A DNA stretch of 64,000 bases, taken from the NCBI GenBank assembly GCA_039028615.1, contig JBCCHT010000009.1:64001-128000 (forward strand), read 5' to 3'. The notes below the pieces were generated by a model. The model had not been told where the DNA came from, made no database searches, and saw only the letters and a list, made by a program, of their open reading frames with translations. Shown in pieces: positions 12,429 through 22,689 of this stretch. This stretch comes from Myxococcota bacterium. GTDB taxonomy: Bacteria > Myxococcota_A > Polyangia > Nannocystales > Nannocystaceae. Position 1 is the stretch's first letter. Every line of letters starts with the position of its first letter. Made by a program: the position numbers and the translations under genes.

Positions 12429-13655
12429 CTACCAACCGGGGTAGCTGCAGACCGCAGGAGCGCGCGTCAGTGAGCCTTCACAGGTCTGGCCGTTGCAGAC
12501 GAGGCCCGGGGCGCACAGCTCCCCCTCGGCACAGCTCTCGCCCGCGCCGGACCGCGGCCAGCAAAAGCCGTTGGGGCAGTAGCCGCTCTCGCACTGCGAG
12601 TGGCCGGAGCACATCTCGCCGTTGAGCGCGGGCGCGATGCAGGTGCCGTCGGGATCGTCGGCGCTGCTGAGGCACCAGCTACCCGCGGCGCATCGGTTGT
12701 CGAGGCAGGGCTGGTCGGCCTCGGGCAACGCCACGCAGCGGTTGATGGGGACGTCACACGCGAGCCCGAACGCACAGATGTTGCCGAACAAGCACAGCTC
12801 GTCGAGCCCGGGGGCGTCTTGGCAGAAGTTGAAGTCGTTGCAGTAGAGGTCTCCGGCACAGCGGGCCTGGCTGCAGTCTTCACCCTCGAGCGCCTCGACG
12901 ACGCAGATGCGAGAGTCGTTGATCCAGTCGCAGTCGAGGCCCTGGGCGCATTCGACGTTGTCGCAGGACTCCCCGGCCGCGGCCGCGGTGACGCAGACGT
13001 CCGAGTCCCAGTTGCAGCTCAGGCCGTCCGCGCACGCTCCGTTGGTCGAGCGGCACGGCTGGCCGAGCTCGGCCAGCGGCTGGCACGGGAAAAGGTCGCG
13101 GTCGCAGAACAAGCCCGCCGCGCAGTCGTCGTAGACGCTGCCGCCGCTGGGGTCGCGACACGGCTCGTCGAGCAGGCGTCCGCCGAGCACCGCACAGGGA
13201 TCGACGCAGGTGCCCTCGGAGCAGACCAGGCCCTGGGCGCAATCGGAGACGAGGGAGTCGACGCCCTCGCACGACGAGCCGAGCTGCTTGTCGCCGTGGT
13301 AGACGGCGCAGAAGCGACCGCACAGCGGGCTCTCGCCGCCCGAGTACGCGCAGCCGTAGCGATCGACATCGGCCGTCAGCTGATCGAAGCACTCGGCGTC
13401 GTACTGGAGTTCACGCTCCTCGCCCGCCCGAATGCGGGTGTTCCACCGGTCGGTGAGGTCTTCGTCGCAGCGGGTCGCGACCAGATCGCCTTCGCAGCGG
13501 CAGGTCTCGACGGTGGTGCAGTGGTTGGCGATGAGATCGACTAGATCTTCGGGCGCCGGTCCGCCGCGCTCGGCCTGACAACCCCCCAGGGCGGCCAGCA
13601 TCGCGAATGGAACCACTCCACGCACGTTTAGCTTAGTCAACAAGTCAAGGAGCAT
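12429..13655 (-). CDS. Cys-rich lipoprotein with Dickkopf-like Cys repeats
   Basis: Lipobox ALGGC; repeated GxxC...CAxGLxC...C units. Confidence 0.8.
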   Translation of the reverse strand: MLLDLLTKLNVRGVVPFAMLAALGGCQAERGGPAPEDLVDLIANHCTTVETCRCEGDLVATRCDEDLTDRWNTRIRAGEERELQYDAECFDQLTADVDRYGCAYSGGESPLCGRFCAVYHGDKQLGSSCEGVDSLVSDCAQGLVCSEGTCVDPCAVLGGRLLDEPCRDPSGGSVYDDCAAGLFCDRDLFPCQPLAELGQPCRSTNGACADGLSCNWDSDVCVTAAAAGESCDNVECAQGLDCDWINDSRICVVEALEGEDCSQARCAGDLYCNDFNFCQDAPGLDELCLFGNICAFGLACDVPINRCVALPEADQPCLDNRCAAGSWCLSSADDPDGTCIAPALNGEMCSGHSQCESGYCPNGFCWPRSGAGESCAEGELCAPGLVCNGQTCEGSLTRAPAVCSYPGW

Positions 13656-13785
13656 GGCGCAAAGCGTGCGGCATTGCGGGCGATTGAGCAATCGCGGAGC
13701 GGCCCAGAGCGCGGAGGCTGCCGCCGATGCCCGTTCCCCCGGGGTTGGGACGCCCCCGCCGCCACGATTCGCACCGCGCGCGGCC

Positions 13786-14997
13786 TCAGGGGACGCACTC
13801 GGGCTCGAAGGGCCCACACCCGAAGCGCACGTGCAGGTGATGTTCGTGCCCGGGGCTGTGCCGGACCAGGCGGCGCGCGACGTCGATGTCTTCGGGCTTG
13901 GCTCCGGCCTCGCGGGCCGCCCGGAACAAGCGTCGACGCGCGCGCTGGTCCAAGAAGATGATCATGACGTCGCGCTTGCTCAGCGCGTACACCAGGTCCC
14001 AGACCGCGCTCCATTGCACTCGGGTGCCGCGAATCTCTCGCCAGGCGGCCACGTCGGGGCGTCGCAACAGCTTGATGTCGATGTCGCGGCCGCTTTGGTG
14101 CGACAGGTGCCCGCCGATCTCACCGCCTCGCGGTCGACTCATCGAGCCCAGGCCCACGTCGATCTCGGTGGGGTAGTCGGTGCGGGCGCGGAACTCCTCG
14201 AGGGCGGCGAGCAGCTCGTGCACCGCGTGCGAGGTGCCGTAGGCGGAGCGAGGGATCCGCAGGTGCACACCCTCGGTGTCGGGGATGCGCAGCCCGTTGA
14301 CCAGCACGCCTTCGTTGGGCGTGCCCACGCTGAAGGCACCGCGTCGCCAGCCGCGATCGAGATCGGGGGGCAGGGGGTCGGGTCCGGCCAGAATCCAGTC
14401 GTAGACCACCGGGTCTACCCAGATCTGCAGCTGCCCGCCCGGCTTCATCTTCTTGCGCGCGGGCCAGTTGTAGGCCCGCAGGTCCCGACCATCGACGCCG
14501 TGACGCAGCGCGACCGACCACCAGGTGTCGCCCTCCTGCACCGTATAGTCGACGCGGCGCCGTGGCGGGGGCTTTCGTCGCGCCCAGATCTTCAGCCGCT
14601 TCTTGCGACGGGGCGCCGGATCGTCGGGGGCCAGCCCGTTCCACTCCCGCAGCTTGGACTCGCTGACCCCATGGCGCAGCGCGACCTGACGCAGCGTCTC
14701 GCGAGGCGCTCGGTGGTGTCGAATCCAGCGCGGAGGATCGAGGGGCTGCAGCTCCGGCGCCACCTCGACGCGCTTGCGACTGGGGTCGGGTGTCGGCTCG
14801 CCGTCACCGGTTCCGTCGTCGGCAACCGGCTCTTCGACGTCGCTCGGAGCCTCCGGTTCGAGGGTCGTCATCGCGACGGGCGTCGCCGCGGCGGGACGGG
14901 AGCTCGCCGCGGTGGCCATGGCCAGGAGTCCCGCTGCGACACCGAGACCCGCGAAGAACGCTCTTCGTCCGGTACGGGAGGGCGGCCGGCCACGCAT
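13786..14997 (-). CDS. LysM-domain murein endopeptidase (MepA-like)
   Basis: RRAFF Tat-like signal; two LysM repeats (YTVQEGDTWWSVALRHGV); GHLSHQSGRDIDI and HEHHLHVRF MepA Zn motifs. Confidence 0.85.
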   Translation of the reverse strand: MRGRPPSRTGRRAFFAGLGVAAGLLAMATAASSRPAAATPVAMTTLEPEAPSDVEEPVADDGTGDGEPTPDPSRKRVEVAPELQPLDPPRWIRHHRAPRETLRQVALRHGVSESKLREWNGLAPDDPAPRRKKRLKIWARRKPPPRRRVDYTVQEGDTWWSVALRHGVDGRDLRAYNWPARKKMKPGGQLQIWVDPVVYDWILAGPDPLPPDLDRGWRRGAFSVGTPNEGVLVNGLRIPDTEGVHLRIPRSAYGTSHAVHELLAALEEFRARTDYPTEIDVGLGSMSRPRGGEIGGHLSHQSGRDIDIKLLRRPDVAAWREIRGTRVQWSAVWDLVYALSKRDVMIIFLDQRARRRLFRAAREAGAKPEDIDVARRLVRHSPGHEHHLHVRFGCGPFEPECVP

Positions 14998-15081
14998 CTG
15001 CGGGCATCGTATCGCGATTCCGAGCCGACCGGGGATGGGGCAAAAGGCCGCGCGCGATGCATGCAGTACGATCGCGGGCCA

Positions 15082-16194
15082 ATGAGCTACGGCAATCGAG
15101 GCCGACGCGTGGTGGTGACCGAGTTCGGCAGCGACCCCGTCGATGCGATCTCCAACCATCTCGTCATCGAAGACCAGCCCGCCCCCGATCCCTCGACCCT
15201 CGCGCCTCACGACGTGGTCATCGAGATCGAGAGCGCAGCGGTGGGGTGGGTCGACCTGCTGATGAGCAGCGGACAGTACCAGCACATGGCCTCGCCGCCC
15301 TACTGCCCGGGGCTGGAGTACAGCGGTCGGGTGGTGTGGGCCGGACCCGAGGCGAAGGGCGTGGCCGTCGGCGATGCGGTGATGTCCGATGGCATCGTCA
15401 CCGGGCCGCGCTCGCTGGGCGATTACCAGAGCTACGGGGGCTTCGCCTCCTACGCGGTCGCGCCCGCCCGGGCGGTCATGCCCATTCCGTCCGCGCTGTC
15501 CTTCGACCAGGCGTGCAACATGAGCGGCTACGAGACCGCGTACCACTGCCTGATGCATCGCGGACAGCTCGAGGCGGGAGAGACGGTGCTCATCCACGGC
15601 TCCACTGGAACCACCGGGCTGGCCGCGGTGCAGATGGCCAAGACGGTGGGGGCGACGGTCATCGCCACCGGTCGCAACCCGGACAAGCTCGCGGTAGTCG
15701 CCGAGCACGGGGCCGATCACGTGGTGCGGGTGACCGAGGACGACGGCTCGCCGCGACGCTTTCGCGAGGACATCAAGGCGATCACCGACGGGCGCGGAGT
15801 CGACGTGGTCTACGACCCGGTGGGCGGCCCCATCTCGCTCGAGAGCTTGCGTTGCGTACGTTTCGGGGCCCGATTCCTCATCGTGGGCTGGGCCGCGACC
15901 CCGCTGGTGGCGCGCGGCAAGGGCCAGCGCGGGGCGCCCAACGCCAACGTGCTGCCCACCAACCTCATCATGATGAAGAGCCTGGACGTGCGCGGGTGCC
16001 CGGCCGCCATCTCGATCGCTCACGACCCCAGCATTCGGACCCGACGCCTCGAGCAGCTCGCGGTGTGGATCGAGGCCGGCTCGCTCAAGCCCCACGTCTC
16101 GGTGACCTACGGTATGGACGAGGTCCGCGTTGCGCTGGAGGCCAAGTGGCGGAGCCAGCACGTGGGGTGCTACGTGCTGCACCCCAAGCGCTAG
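15082..16194 (+). CDS. NADPH:quinone oxidoreductase (MDR family)
   Basis: PGLEYSGRV, VLIHGSTGTTGLAAVQMAK, GVDVVYDPVGG. Confidence 0.9.
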   Translation: MSYGNRGRRVVVTEFGSDPVDAISNHLVIEDQPAPDPSTLAPHDVVIEIESAAVGWVDLLMSSGQYQHMASPPYCPGLEYSGRVVWAGPEAKGVAVGDAVMSDGIVTGPRSLGDYQSYGGFASYAVAPARAVMPIPSALSFDQACNMSGYETAYHCLMHRGQLEAGETVLIHGSTGTTGLAAVQMAKTVGATVIATGRNPDKLAVVAEHGADHVVRVTEDDGSPRRFREDIKAITDGRGVDVVYDPVGGPISLESLRCVRFGARFLIVGWAATPLVARGKGQRGAPNANVLPTNLIMMKSLDVRGCPAAISIAHDPSIRTRRLEQLAVWIEAGSLKPHVSVTYGMDEVRVALEAKWRSQHVGCYVLHPKR

Positions 16195-16204
16195 CGCGCC
16201 GCGC

Positions 16205-17785
16205 TCAGGTCCCGGAGAGGATGAAGGTACGGCGCCGCTGCACGAAGTCCATGAGGTTGTAGCGGAACCACTGCCCCGACTGGTCGGCGCTCAGCGCCTG
16301 CTGGTAGGTCCACTCGTCGCCCGGATAGTTCGGGTCGGTCGCGATGCGATCGCCGATGAGCGCGTCGAACTCGTCGATCCAGGCCTGCTGCTGGGCGTCG
16401 GTGAGCACCGTCTCCGCGAACTCGCGCAGATAGCCCTGGTAGGCCTCGTTGTACGCGGGAATGGCCAAGATGCGCTCGGCCAGCGGGTAGTCGTCGGAGG
16501 AGCTGCCGCAGAAGCTGCCGTCCACCGCCGCCTGCGTCATGTTGGCCCCGGGGACCGCTGGATCCGGGTCGCCGGGGTGTCCACACCCGAAGCCGCCGTA
16601 GGACATGTTCATGTCCCAGGGGATCATCTCGAAGCGATCTGTGTCGGGGCGGTGGTACAGGTAGTAGTTGTTGCCCATGCCGAAGTAGCTGTCGAAGCTC
16701 GACAGGGCGATGGTGACCGCGGACAGCCGCAGGAACGAGTCGACCTCGAACACCGTCTCGATCTGCGCCGCGAACTCGGCATCGCTGGTGTTGTTGACGA
16801 TGTCGAGCAGCTCGATGAGGTCGGAGTAGTCGTTGAGCAGCGGGTCGTCTTCGTTGGTCTTGAGCAGCAGCCCGCACTCGTCGTAGCCCTCGGGGCAATC
16901 GGTGGTGACGTAGTCCTCGCGGGTCGAGCCGTACCACTGCAGGCGACAGTGGCTGCCCTCGGTGCGTGAGCACTTGTAGAGGTTGCCGTCGTCCATGCCA
17001 TCGGCGGTGCCGTAGTAGGCCTTGAGGAAGCGCTTATCGATGGGCTGCACCATCGTGTAGACGCCGAGGTAGGTCTCGTCGACCTCCACGCCCGCGAACG
17101 CGGTCACGGCCACGGGCACGTCCATGGCGGCGTAGGCCCGTGCGGTGAGGCGCTCGCGCATGTAGCTGCGATCGGACCAGTTATTGCCCAGGCTGATCTT
17201 GTCTTGGTAGTGAAAGCGCTCGCCGCCGTAGTAGTCGAAGTTGAGCTTGAGCGGGAAGTTCAGCGTCGGATCGAAGCTCAGGTTCTGATCCATGATGAAC
17301 AGCAAGGACGAGAAACCTTTGAAGCGCGCGCCGATCTCGGGCAGCGTCTCCTCGTCGCCGAAGAAGAACTCGGCGGGGCGGTAGTCCTTGATGAAGTTGT
17401 CGATGAAGTCGTTGATCATCGACGCCCAGTCGCCATCGGCGAAGTCGAGGCGGATGTCGACGACGTAGTCCTGCGGGTACACGTGGTCGAGCTCGGCCGG
17501 CCAGTCGATGCCCGCTCCGCCCGTGCTGCCCCCGTCGCTGCCGCTCTCGTCGACCCCGTCTTCGCCCGTGGTGCCGGTTTCGTCCGCATCTTCGCCGCCC
17601 GTGCCCGCGGTGGCGCTGGCGTCTTCGGAATCACCCCCCGGATCGTCGGCTGTGCCCTCGCTGGTCCCCGCCGTCGTGCCCCCGCCTCCGTCGTCCCCGT
17701 CGGGATCGGTGGCGTCGTCTTGGCATCCGGTGATGAGCCCGAGGCAGAGCAGAGTCGAAATCGTGAGTCGGGGCATCATCGGCAT
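16205..17785 (-). CDS. CotH kinase-family lipoprotein
   Basis: Lipobox LITGC; acidic linker; RFKGFSS, DRSYMRERL, GVYTMVQPID, NNYYLY, IPWDMNMSYG. Confidence 0.88.
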   Translation of the reverse strand: MPMMPRLTISTLLCLGLITGCQDDATDPDGDDGGGGTTAGTSEGTADDPGGDSEDASATAGTGGEDADETGTTGEDGVDESGSDGGSTGGAGIDWPAELDHVYPQDYVVDIRLDFADGDWASMINDFIDNFIKDYRPAEFFFGDEETLPEIGARFKGFSSLLFIMDQNLSFDPTLNFPLKLNFDYYGGERFHYQDKISLGNNWSDRSYMRERLTARAYAAMDVPVAVTAFAGVEVDETYLGVYTMVQPIDKRFLKAYYGTADGMDDGNLYKCSRTEGSHCRLQWYGSTREDYVTTDCPEGYDECGLLLKTNEDDPLLNDYSDLIELLDIVNNTSDAEFAAQIETVFEVDSFLRLSAVTIALSSFDSYFGMGNNYYLYHRPDTDRFEMIPWDMNMSYGGFGCGHPGDPDPAVPGANMTQAAVDGSFCGSSSDDYPLAERILAIPAYNEAYQGYLREFAETVLTDAQQQAWIDEFDALIGDRIATDPNYPGDEWTYQQALSADQSGQWFRYNLMDFVQRRRTFILSGT

Positions 17786-17982
17786 TGGGTCGGGTGTTCC
17801 AGATCGCAGGGCTACCGATTCAGTGTGGCCGCAATCGTGGCCTCGCGGTGCATCGCGGAATGTAAAAAACCGGATCCGTGTCGCGACTACGCGCACGTCC
17901 GAGGCGATGGTTGGCTCACACCGCGATCAATCGCCGGGTCTGTGCGCGCTTGCTCCAGGCGCGGCACGACGTTCCAGGGGCC

Positions 17983-18786
17983 TCAAAGCGGCAGGAACTG
18001 CGCAGCGTCGATGTCGGGGTCGTGGCTGTACACGAGGCCGGCGATGGCGGCCGTATTTGCATCCATGCCCGGCTCACGGTTGCTGACGACGACGGTGTGG
18101 GGTCCGGCGGTCAGGGGAACTTCGAGCCGAGCGAGCTCGCACGGCATGTCCTGGAAGGCACCGACCTCGAGCCAGTACCAGGAGCCTCCCGGGCGGCCGC
18201 CCACCGTGTCGCAGCCGTAGACCCACGGCACGATGTCGCTGCCGTCGATGCTGATCGAGTACGAGTCGGCGTTGGGTGGGTCGAAGCCCGGGGCGAAGTC
18301 CCACACGAGACCCCAGAAGAACACGGGCCCGTCGCACTCGAGTTCGAACTCGAGGGTCAGCGTGCCTTGATCGGGCTGGCCCGACCACGCGAACTGGCGG
18401 TCGAGGGTCTTCGAATATTGCAGCTGCATGCCGTCCGCCACCACGCCGTCCTCGGCCCACAGCACGGCAGTCTCCGGCTCGTCGGTGCAGATGGGCGGTC
18501 CGTCGGTGCCGCTGTCCTCCGTCGCGTCTTCGCCCCCCGAAGAGCTGTCGGCAGGGCCGACGGTGCTGGTCGCGGTTGCGCCCGAGGTCGTGCCGTCGCT
18601 CGTGGCAGCGGTGGTCGGGTCGGCGGAACCGGTGGAGCCCGGGGTCGAGGTGGTCGTGGGGCTGTCGGTGGACTCTCCGACGTTCGGGCCCGCGCCACTA
18701 CCTGCGCTGCTGGTGTCGGGCGTGCATCCCCACAGCAGCCCACCCGTCGCTACCCCCACAACCAAACCCTTAGTCCGCATCATCAA
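17983..18786 (-). CDS. Hypothetical lipoprotein (Ser/Thr linker + carbohydrate-binding-like beta domain)
   Basis: Lipobox LLWGC; NADSYSISIDG, LTAGPHTVVVSNREPG. Confidence 0.7.
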   Translation of the reverse strand: MMMRTKGLVVGVATGGLLWGCTPDTSSAGSGAGPNVGESTDSPTTTSTPGSTGSADPTTAATSDGTTSGATATSTVGPADSSSGGEDATEDSGTDGPPICTDEPETAVLWAEDGVVADGMQLQYSKTLDRQFAWSGQPDQGTLTLEFELECDGPVFFWGLVWDFAPGFDPPNADSYSISIDGSDIVPWVYGCDTVGGRPGGSWYWLEVGAFQDMPCELARLEVPLTAGPHTVVVSNREPGMDANTAAIAGLVYSHDPDIDAAQFLPL

Positions 18787-18877
18787 GGCAAGCAGTGTCT
18801 CGCGACGACCGAGCCCGGATCAATCGGGATTTACGGAGCCCAATACCGGGAGCAAGGGCGGATTGCGGGGTAACGAA

Positions 18878-19400
18878 ATGAACGCGGGGCAAAGCTGCGG
18901 GCGACGAGCTCGTGCGACGGGGCTCTTGTTGGCCGGTTGCGTCGTGGTGGTGGCGATCGGCGGTTGTGGCTCGGGGACGATGCCGACGGTGATCGTTCCG
19001 GGATGATGCCGCAGACCGGCAACGACCCGCGCGTCGGGCACGACGGTGCCGGACGGGGCAGCCGGGAGAGCACCGCGCAGGACACGGACGGCGACGGCCT
19101 CCGCCATCTCCATTGCGATTGTGGCGCCTGCGTCGATGACACGGGCTGTGCCGCCGAGTCGGTCTGCGACACGGCGTGCTGTGGGGAGGCCGCGCGGTGT
19201 CTCGTCGGTGCGAGCGTCGTACCGGGCACCGAGTCGAGTGCGACCCGCGACTCGGCCCGGTGATCAGCACGCAGGCGTCGCTCGGAGGACAGACCCAGGT
19301 GCTCGAGTTCACGACACTCGAGGGCCCGGCCGAGCGGGCGCCGTCGTCGTGCCGCGCTTCGATGCCGTCGGCGGCCCGTCAGCGCCTGGTGACGGGCTCG
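18878..19400 (+). pseudogene. Probable frameshifted lipoprotein gene remnant
   Basis: Signal + lipobox (AIGGC) in one frame; adding one G in the run at 18973-18976 continues into DDADGD...DTDGDGL...Cys-rich sequence; a third protein-like fragment in another frame; end approximate. Confidence 0.4.
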
Positions 19401-19431
19401 CCCCGGTCGGGCTTGCTACGGTGCGGGGACC

Positions 19432-19866
19432 ATGACCCCGCCGCTTTTCGTCCCCGAGAGCTTCGACGTGGTCATCGAGGTCCCGCGCGGGGGCATGGTC
19501 AAGCGCCGCGGCGACGGACGCATCGACTTCATCGCGCTGCCGTCTCCGTTCAACTACGGCTCCATCGTGGGAACCCTGGCGCCGGATGGTGACCCCTACG
19601 ATGCCATCGTCCTGGGCCCACGAATGCGTGCCGGGGTGACGCTGGAATGCACGGCGCTCGCTGTGTTCGGATTCCTCGACCGCGGGCAGCTCGACCCCAA
19701 GATCGTGTGCGGCCCGGGGCCGCTGGCGGATGCGGACCGACGCCGCGTGGAGCGGTTCTTCGCCATCTACCAGCGCTTCAAGCGGGGTCTGCAGCGCATT
19801 CGCGGGCAGTCGGAGCCCACCGAGGTCTTGGGCTGGTTGCCGTGGACCAGCCGCTCGTCGTCCTGA
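19432..19866 (+). CDS. ppa: Short family I inorganic pyrophosphatase-like protein
   Basis: IEVPRG, NYG, TLAPDGDPYD, DPKI, FFAIY. Confidence 0.75.
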   Translation: MTPPLFVPESFDVVIEVPRGGMVKRRGDGRIDFIALPSPFNYGSIVGTLAPDGDPYDAIVLGPRMRAGVTLECTALAVFGFLDRGQLDPKIVCGPGPLADADRRRVERFFAIYQRFKRGLQRIRGQSEPTEVLGWLPWTSRSSS

Positions 19867-19929
19867 GACGCCCCGGGGACTCGGGCCTTGGCAGCGCGGC
19901 TCGAACCAAGTACACCCGCATGGCGGAAG

Positions 19930-21249
19930 ATGTCTGACGATTCCAAGTTACCGACCGGGCGTCTCGGCCGCCTCGCTCGCCTCGCTCGGGCGGGTGCCTC
20001 CACCGGGATCGCGATGTTTCGCAACGGCAAAGATGCGAGCGTCGGTGCCGAGAAGGCCACCAAGATCCTCGGGCAGCTGCGCGGCGTCGCCACCAAGGTC
20101 GGGCAGATGGCCAGCTACGTCGACGGGGTCGTGCCGCCCGAGCATCGCGACACCTTCGAGGCGAGCATGGCCAAGCTGCGGGCCGCCGCTCCGCGCTCCA
20201 CTTCGGCGCAGATCCGCGCCCTCGTCGAGGCCGAGCTCGGGGCGCCCATCGAGGAGCGCTTCGCCGAGTGGGACGACGAGCCCCTCGCCAGCGCCTCCAT
20301 CGGCCAGGTCCACCGCGCCACCACCCGCGAGGGGCAGGCGGTCGCGGTCAAGGTGCAGCACCACGGGATCGTCGAGGCCATGGAGGCCGACCTCAAGAAC
20401 GCCGGGCTCTTCGACGTCATGGCGCGCACCTTCGGGCTCGGCAAGTTCGAGGTAGGGCGGCTCATCGACGAGGCCCGCACCCGCTTCCGCGAGGAGCTCG
20501 ACTACGGGCTCGAGGCCCGACGCCAAAAGGCCTTCGCCGCGCTGTACGAAGACCAGCCCAAGATCATCATCCCCACCGTCGTCGACGACTACAGCACCAA
20601 CCGCGTGCTGAGCACGACGCTGATGGAGGGCATGGACTTCGAGGAGGCGTGCCGGGCCGACGAGGACCAGCGCCGCCAGTGGTGCGAGACGCTGTGGCAC
20701 TTCGTGTACGGCTCGATCATGGTGGGAGGCTCGTTCAACGCCGATCCGCACCCCGGCAATTACGCGATGCAGCCCGACGGGCGCGTGGTGTTCTTCGACT
20801 TCGGCTGCGTGCAGCCCATCGAGCTGGAGCGTCGCGAGCTCATCCTGCGCGCGCACGATGCCGCGTTCGAAAAGGACTACCCCCGCTTCGACGAGGCCGC
20901 GGCGCAGATGCTGATGGTCGCCCCGGGCAAGCATCGCGAGCGTGTGCTCGAGTACATGCACTACGCGCTCAGTCCCGTGTTCCACTCGCCGTTCCGGGTC
21001 ACGCGGGAGTTCGCGACCGAGGTGGTCGATCGCTTCAAGGCGATGGCGGCCGAATTCCGCAAGCTACCCGCCGATCAGTTCGTGGCCATGCCCCCTGGGA
21101 TTTTGTTCCTCAACCGGCTGCAGTTCGGGTTCTTCTCGATCCTCGCGCGTCTCGATGCCGAGGCCGACTACGCTGCCGTCGAGCGTCGCTTCGTCCCACA
21201 GGGCTGGGAGACACTGAAGGCCGAGAAGGCCGGTTCCGCGCCTCGCTGA
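19930..21249 (+). CDS. AarF/ABC1/UbiB family atypical kinase
   Basis: TKVGQMAS, ASASIGQVH, VAVKVQ, EELDY, NADPHPGN, DFG. Confidence 0.93.
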   Translation: MSDDSKLPTGRLGRLARLARAGASTGIAMFRNGKDASVGAEKATKILGQLRGVATKVGQMASYVDGVVPPEHRDTFEASMAKLRAAAPRSTSAQIRALVEAELGAPIEERFAEWDDEPLASASIGQVHRATTREGQAVAVKVQHHGIVEAMEADLKNAGLFDVMARTFGLGKFEVGRLIDEARTRFREELDYGLEARRQKAFAALYEDQPKIIIPTVVDDYSTNRVLSTTLMEGMDFEEACRADEDQRRQWCETLWHFVYGSIMVGGSFNADPHPGNYAMQPDGRVVFFDFGCVQPIELERRELILRAHDAAFEKDYPRFDEAAAQMLMVAPGKHRERVLEYMHYALSPVFHSPFRVTREFATEVVDRFKAMAAEFRKLPADQFVAMPPGILFLNRLQFGFFSILARLDAEADYAAVERRFVPQGWETLKAEKAGSAPR

Positions 21250-21360
21250 GTCCCGCACGGCGACCCCTCGTGGTCGGAGCCTGATGCAAAGCGATCCGGC
21301 TGTGCGGCATGGGACGATTGTCGCTGCGCTCGGACCCCGGTCGGTGTCATCGTTGCGGCA

Positions 21361-22512
21361 ATGCCTCTAGCTTCCCCCGAAACCATGCGACGCGGCTGGC
21401 CCTTCGCGGCCGTCGGTGCGCTGGCGCTGTCGCTCATGGCGTGTCCAGGTGATGACGCCACGCAAGTGACGACGGCCGGCGATTCCACCGGGTCGCTCTC
21501 CACGACTTCGAGCGAGACGATCCCCGACGCGACTTGTGTCGACGGGTGCTCGAGCGGATCGGTCGATCCCAGCGCCACCAGTGCCGCCTCAACGGGCCCC
21601 GGCGGATCGTCGACCACGATGCCGCCTGGCACGACCTCGGAGACCGGCCAAGGTTCGACCGAGTCCACCGGCGAATCTGGCACGACTGAAGGTGGGTCGA
21701 CCGACAGCGGGTCGACCGACGGCGAGTCGACCGACGGTGGGTCGACCGACAGCGGCACGACTGAAGGTGGGTCGACCGACGGCGGCTCGACCGATTCCGG
21801 TGGCATGACGACCGGCGTCGTGTTCGTCATGCCGCCCGACGCCGGCGGCGGTGTCGAGTGCGACCCGTGGCTGCAAGACTGCCCGCCGGGCGAAAAGTGC
21901 AACGCGGCGGCCTCTGCCGGCGGTGGCGCCTGGGATACCAACATCTGCGTGCCCATCGATCCCTCGCCCGTGGCGGTGGGTGACGTCTGCAACGTGGTGG
22001 GCACGGCCGCCTCCGGCATCGACAACTGCGAAGCCGGCTCGATGTGCTGGGAGGTCGATGTCGCGACCCTCGAAGGCGTCTGCGTCGAGCTGTGCACCGG
22101 CTCCCCCGCGGCGCCCGTGTGTACCGACCCCGCGACGACGTGCAACATCGTCAACGGCGGCGTGCTGATCCTGTGCCTGCCCACGTGTGATCCGCTGATG
22201 CAGGACTGCAGCCCCGGTAGCGGCTGCTATCCGGTCGCGGACCAGTTCACCTGCGCCCCCGATGCCTCGGGCGGCGGCGGCGTGGACGGAGACACGTGCG
22301 AGTTCATCAACGCGTGTCAGCCGGGCAACGCCTGCGTCGGTGCGGGCTCGGTCGACGGTTGCTTCGGCGCCGTCGGTTGCTGCACGCCCTTCTGCGACGT
22401 GTCGGTCGCGCCCGACCCGTGCACGGCACCCGAGAGCTGCGAGGCTTTCTACGCGCCGGGCACGGCACCTCCGGGGTTCGAGAACGTCGGCCTGTGCTCG
22501 CTGGCTCCGTGA
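21361..22512 (+). CDS. Cys-rich lipoprotein of the myxobacterial CDPWxQDCPxGEKC family
   Basis: Lipobox LMAC; Ser/Thr/Gly linker; CDPWLQDCPPGEKC, CDPLMQDC, GCCTPFCD. Confidence 0.85.
   Translation: MPLASPETMRRGWPFAAVGALALSLMACPGDDATQVTTAGDSTGSLSTTSSETIPDATCVDGCSSGSVDPSATSAASTGPGGSSTTMPPGTTSETGQGSTESTGESGTTEGGSTDSGSTDGESTDGGSTDSGTTEGGSTDGGSTDSGGMTTGVVFVMPPDAGGGVECDPWLQDCPPGEKCNAAASAGGGAWDTNICVPIDPSPVAVGDVCNVVGTAASGIDNCEAGSMCWEVDVATLEGVCVELCTGSPAAPVCTDPATTCNIVNGGVLILCLPTCDPLMQDCSPGSGCYPVADQFTCAPDASGGGGVDGDTCEFINACQPGNACVGAGSVDGCFGAVGCCTPFCDVSVAPDPCTAPESCEAFYAPGTAPPGFENVGLCSLAP
21679..21800 (+). repeat. Coding 15-bp tandem repeat (about 8 units encoding GSTDG/GSTDS/GTTEG)
   Basis: Repeated gggtcgaccgac units, with ggcacgactgaaggtgggtcgaccgac present twice. 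Confidence 0.85.
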
Positions 22513-22533
22513 TCACGGCGGCGCGATGAAACG

Positions 22534-22570
22534 ACGCGAGCGGGTCTTCGTACCCGCTCGCGTTTTTGTT
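22534..22570 (+). terminator. Intrinsic terminator
   Basis: ACGCGAGCGGGT-CTTCGT-ACCCGCTCGCGT followed by TTTTGTT. Confidence 0.85.
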
Positions 22571-22689
22571 CGTCTACTGCTTGATCGGTCGCGGCGCCGA
22601 CAGGTCGGGCCGAGGCCACTGCGGCCGCGGCATCCGGGCGGTGGTGCACGGCAGGTGTCGCGAGGCCGGAGGCGGCGTGAGGGTGGGGA

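Noticed and set aside
13654..16194. 846-aa and 798-aa overlapping ORFs suggesting fusion proteins
   Set aside because: Each is a real gene (15082-16194 + and 13786-14997 -) extended by read-through into the antisense of the divergent neighbour.
21679..21800. Regular repeats resembling a CRISPR array
   Set aside because: 15-bp in-frame coding repeats with no unique spacers and no cas genes.
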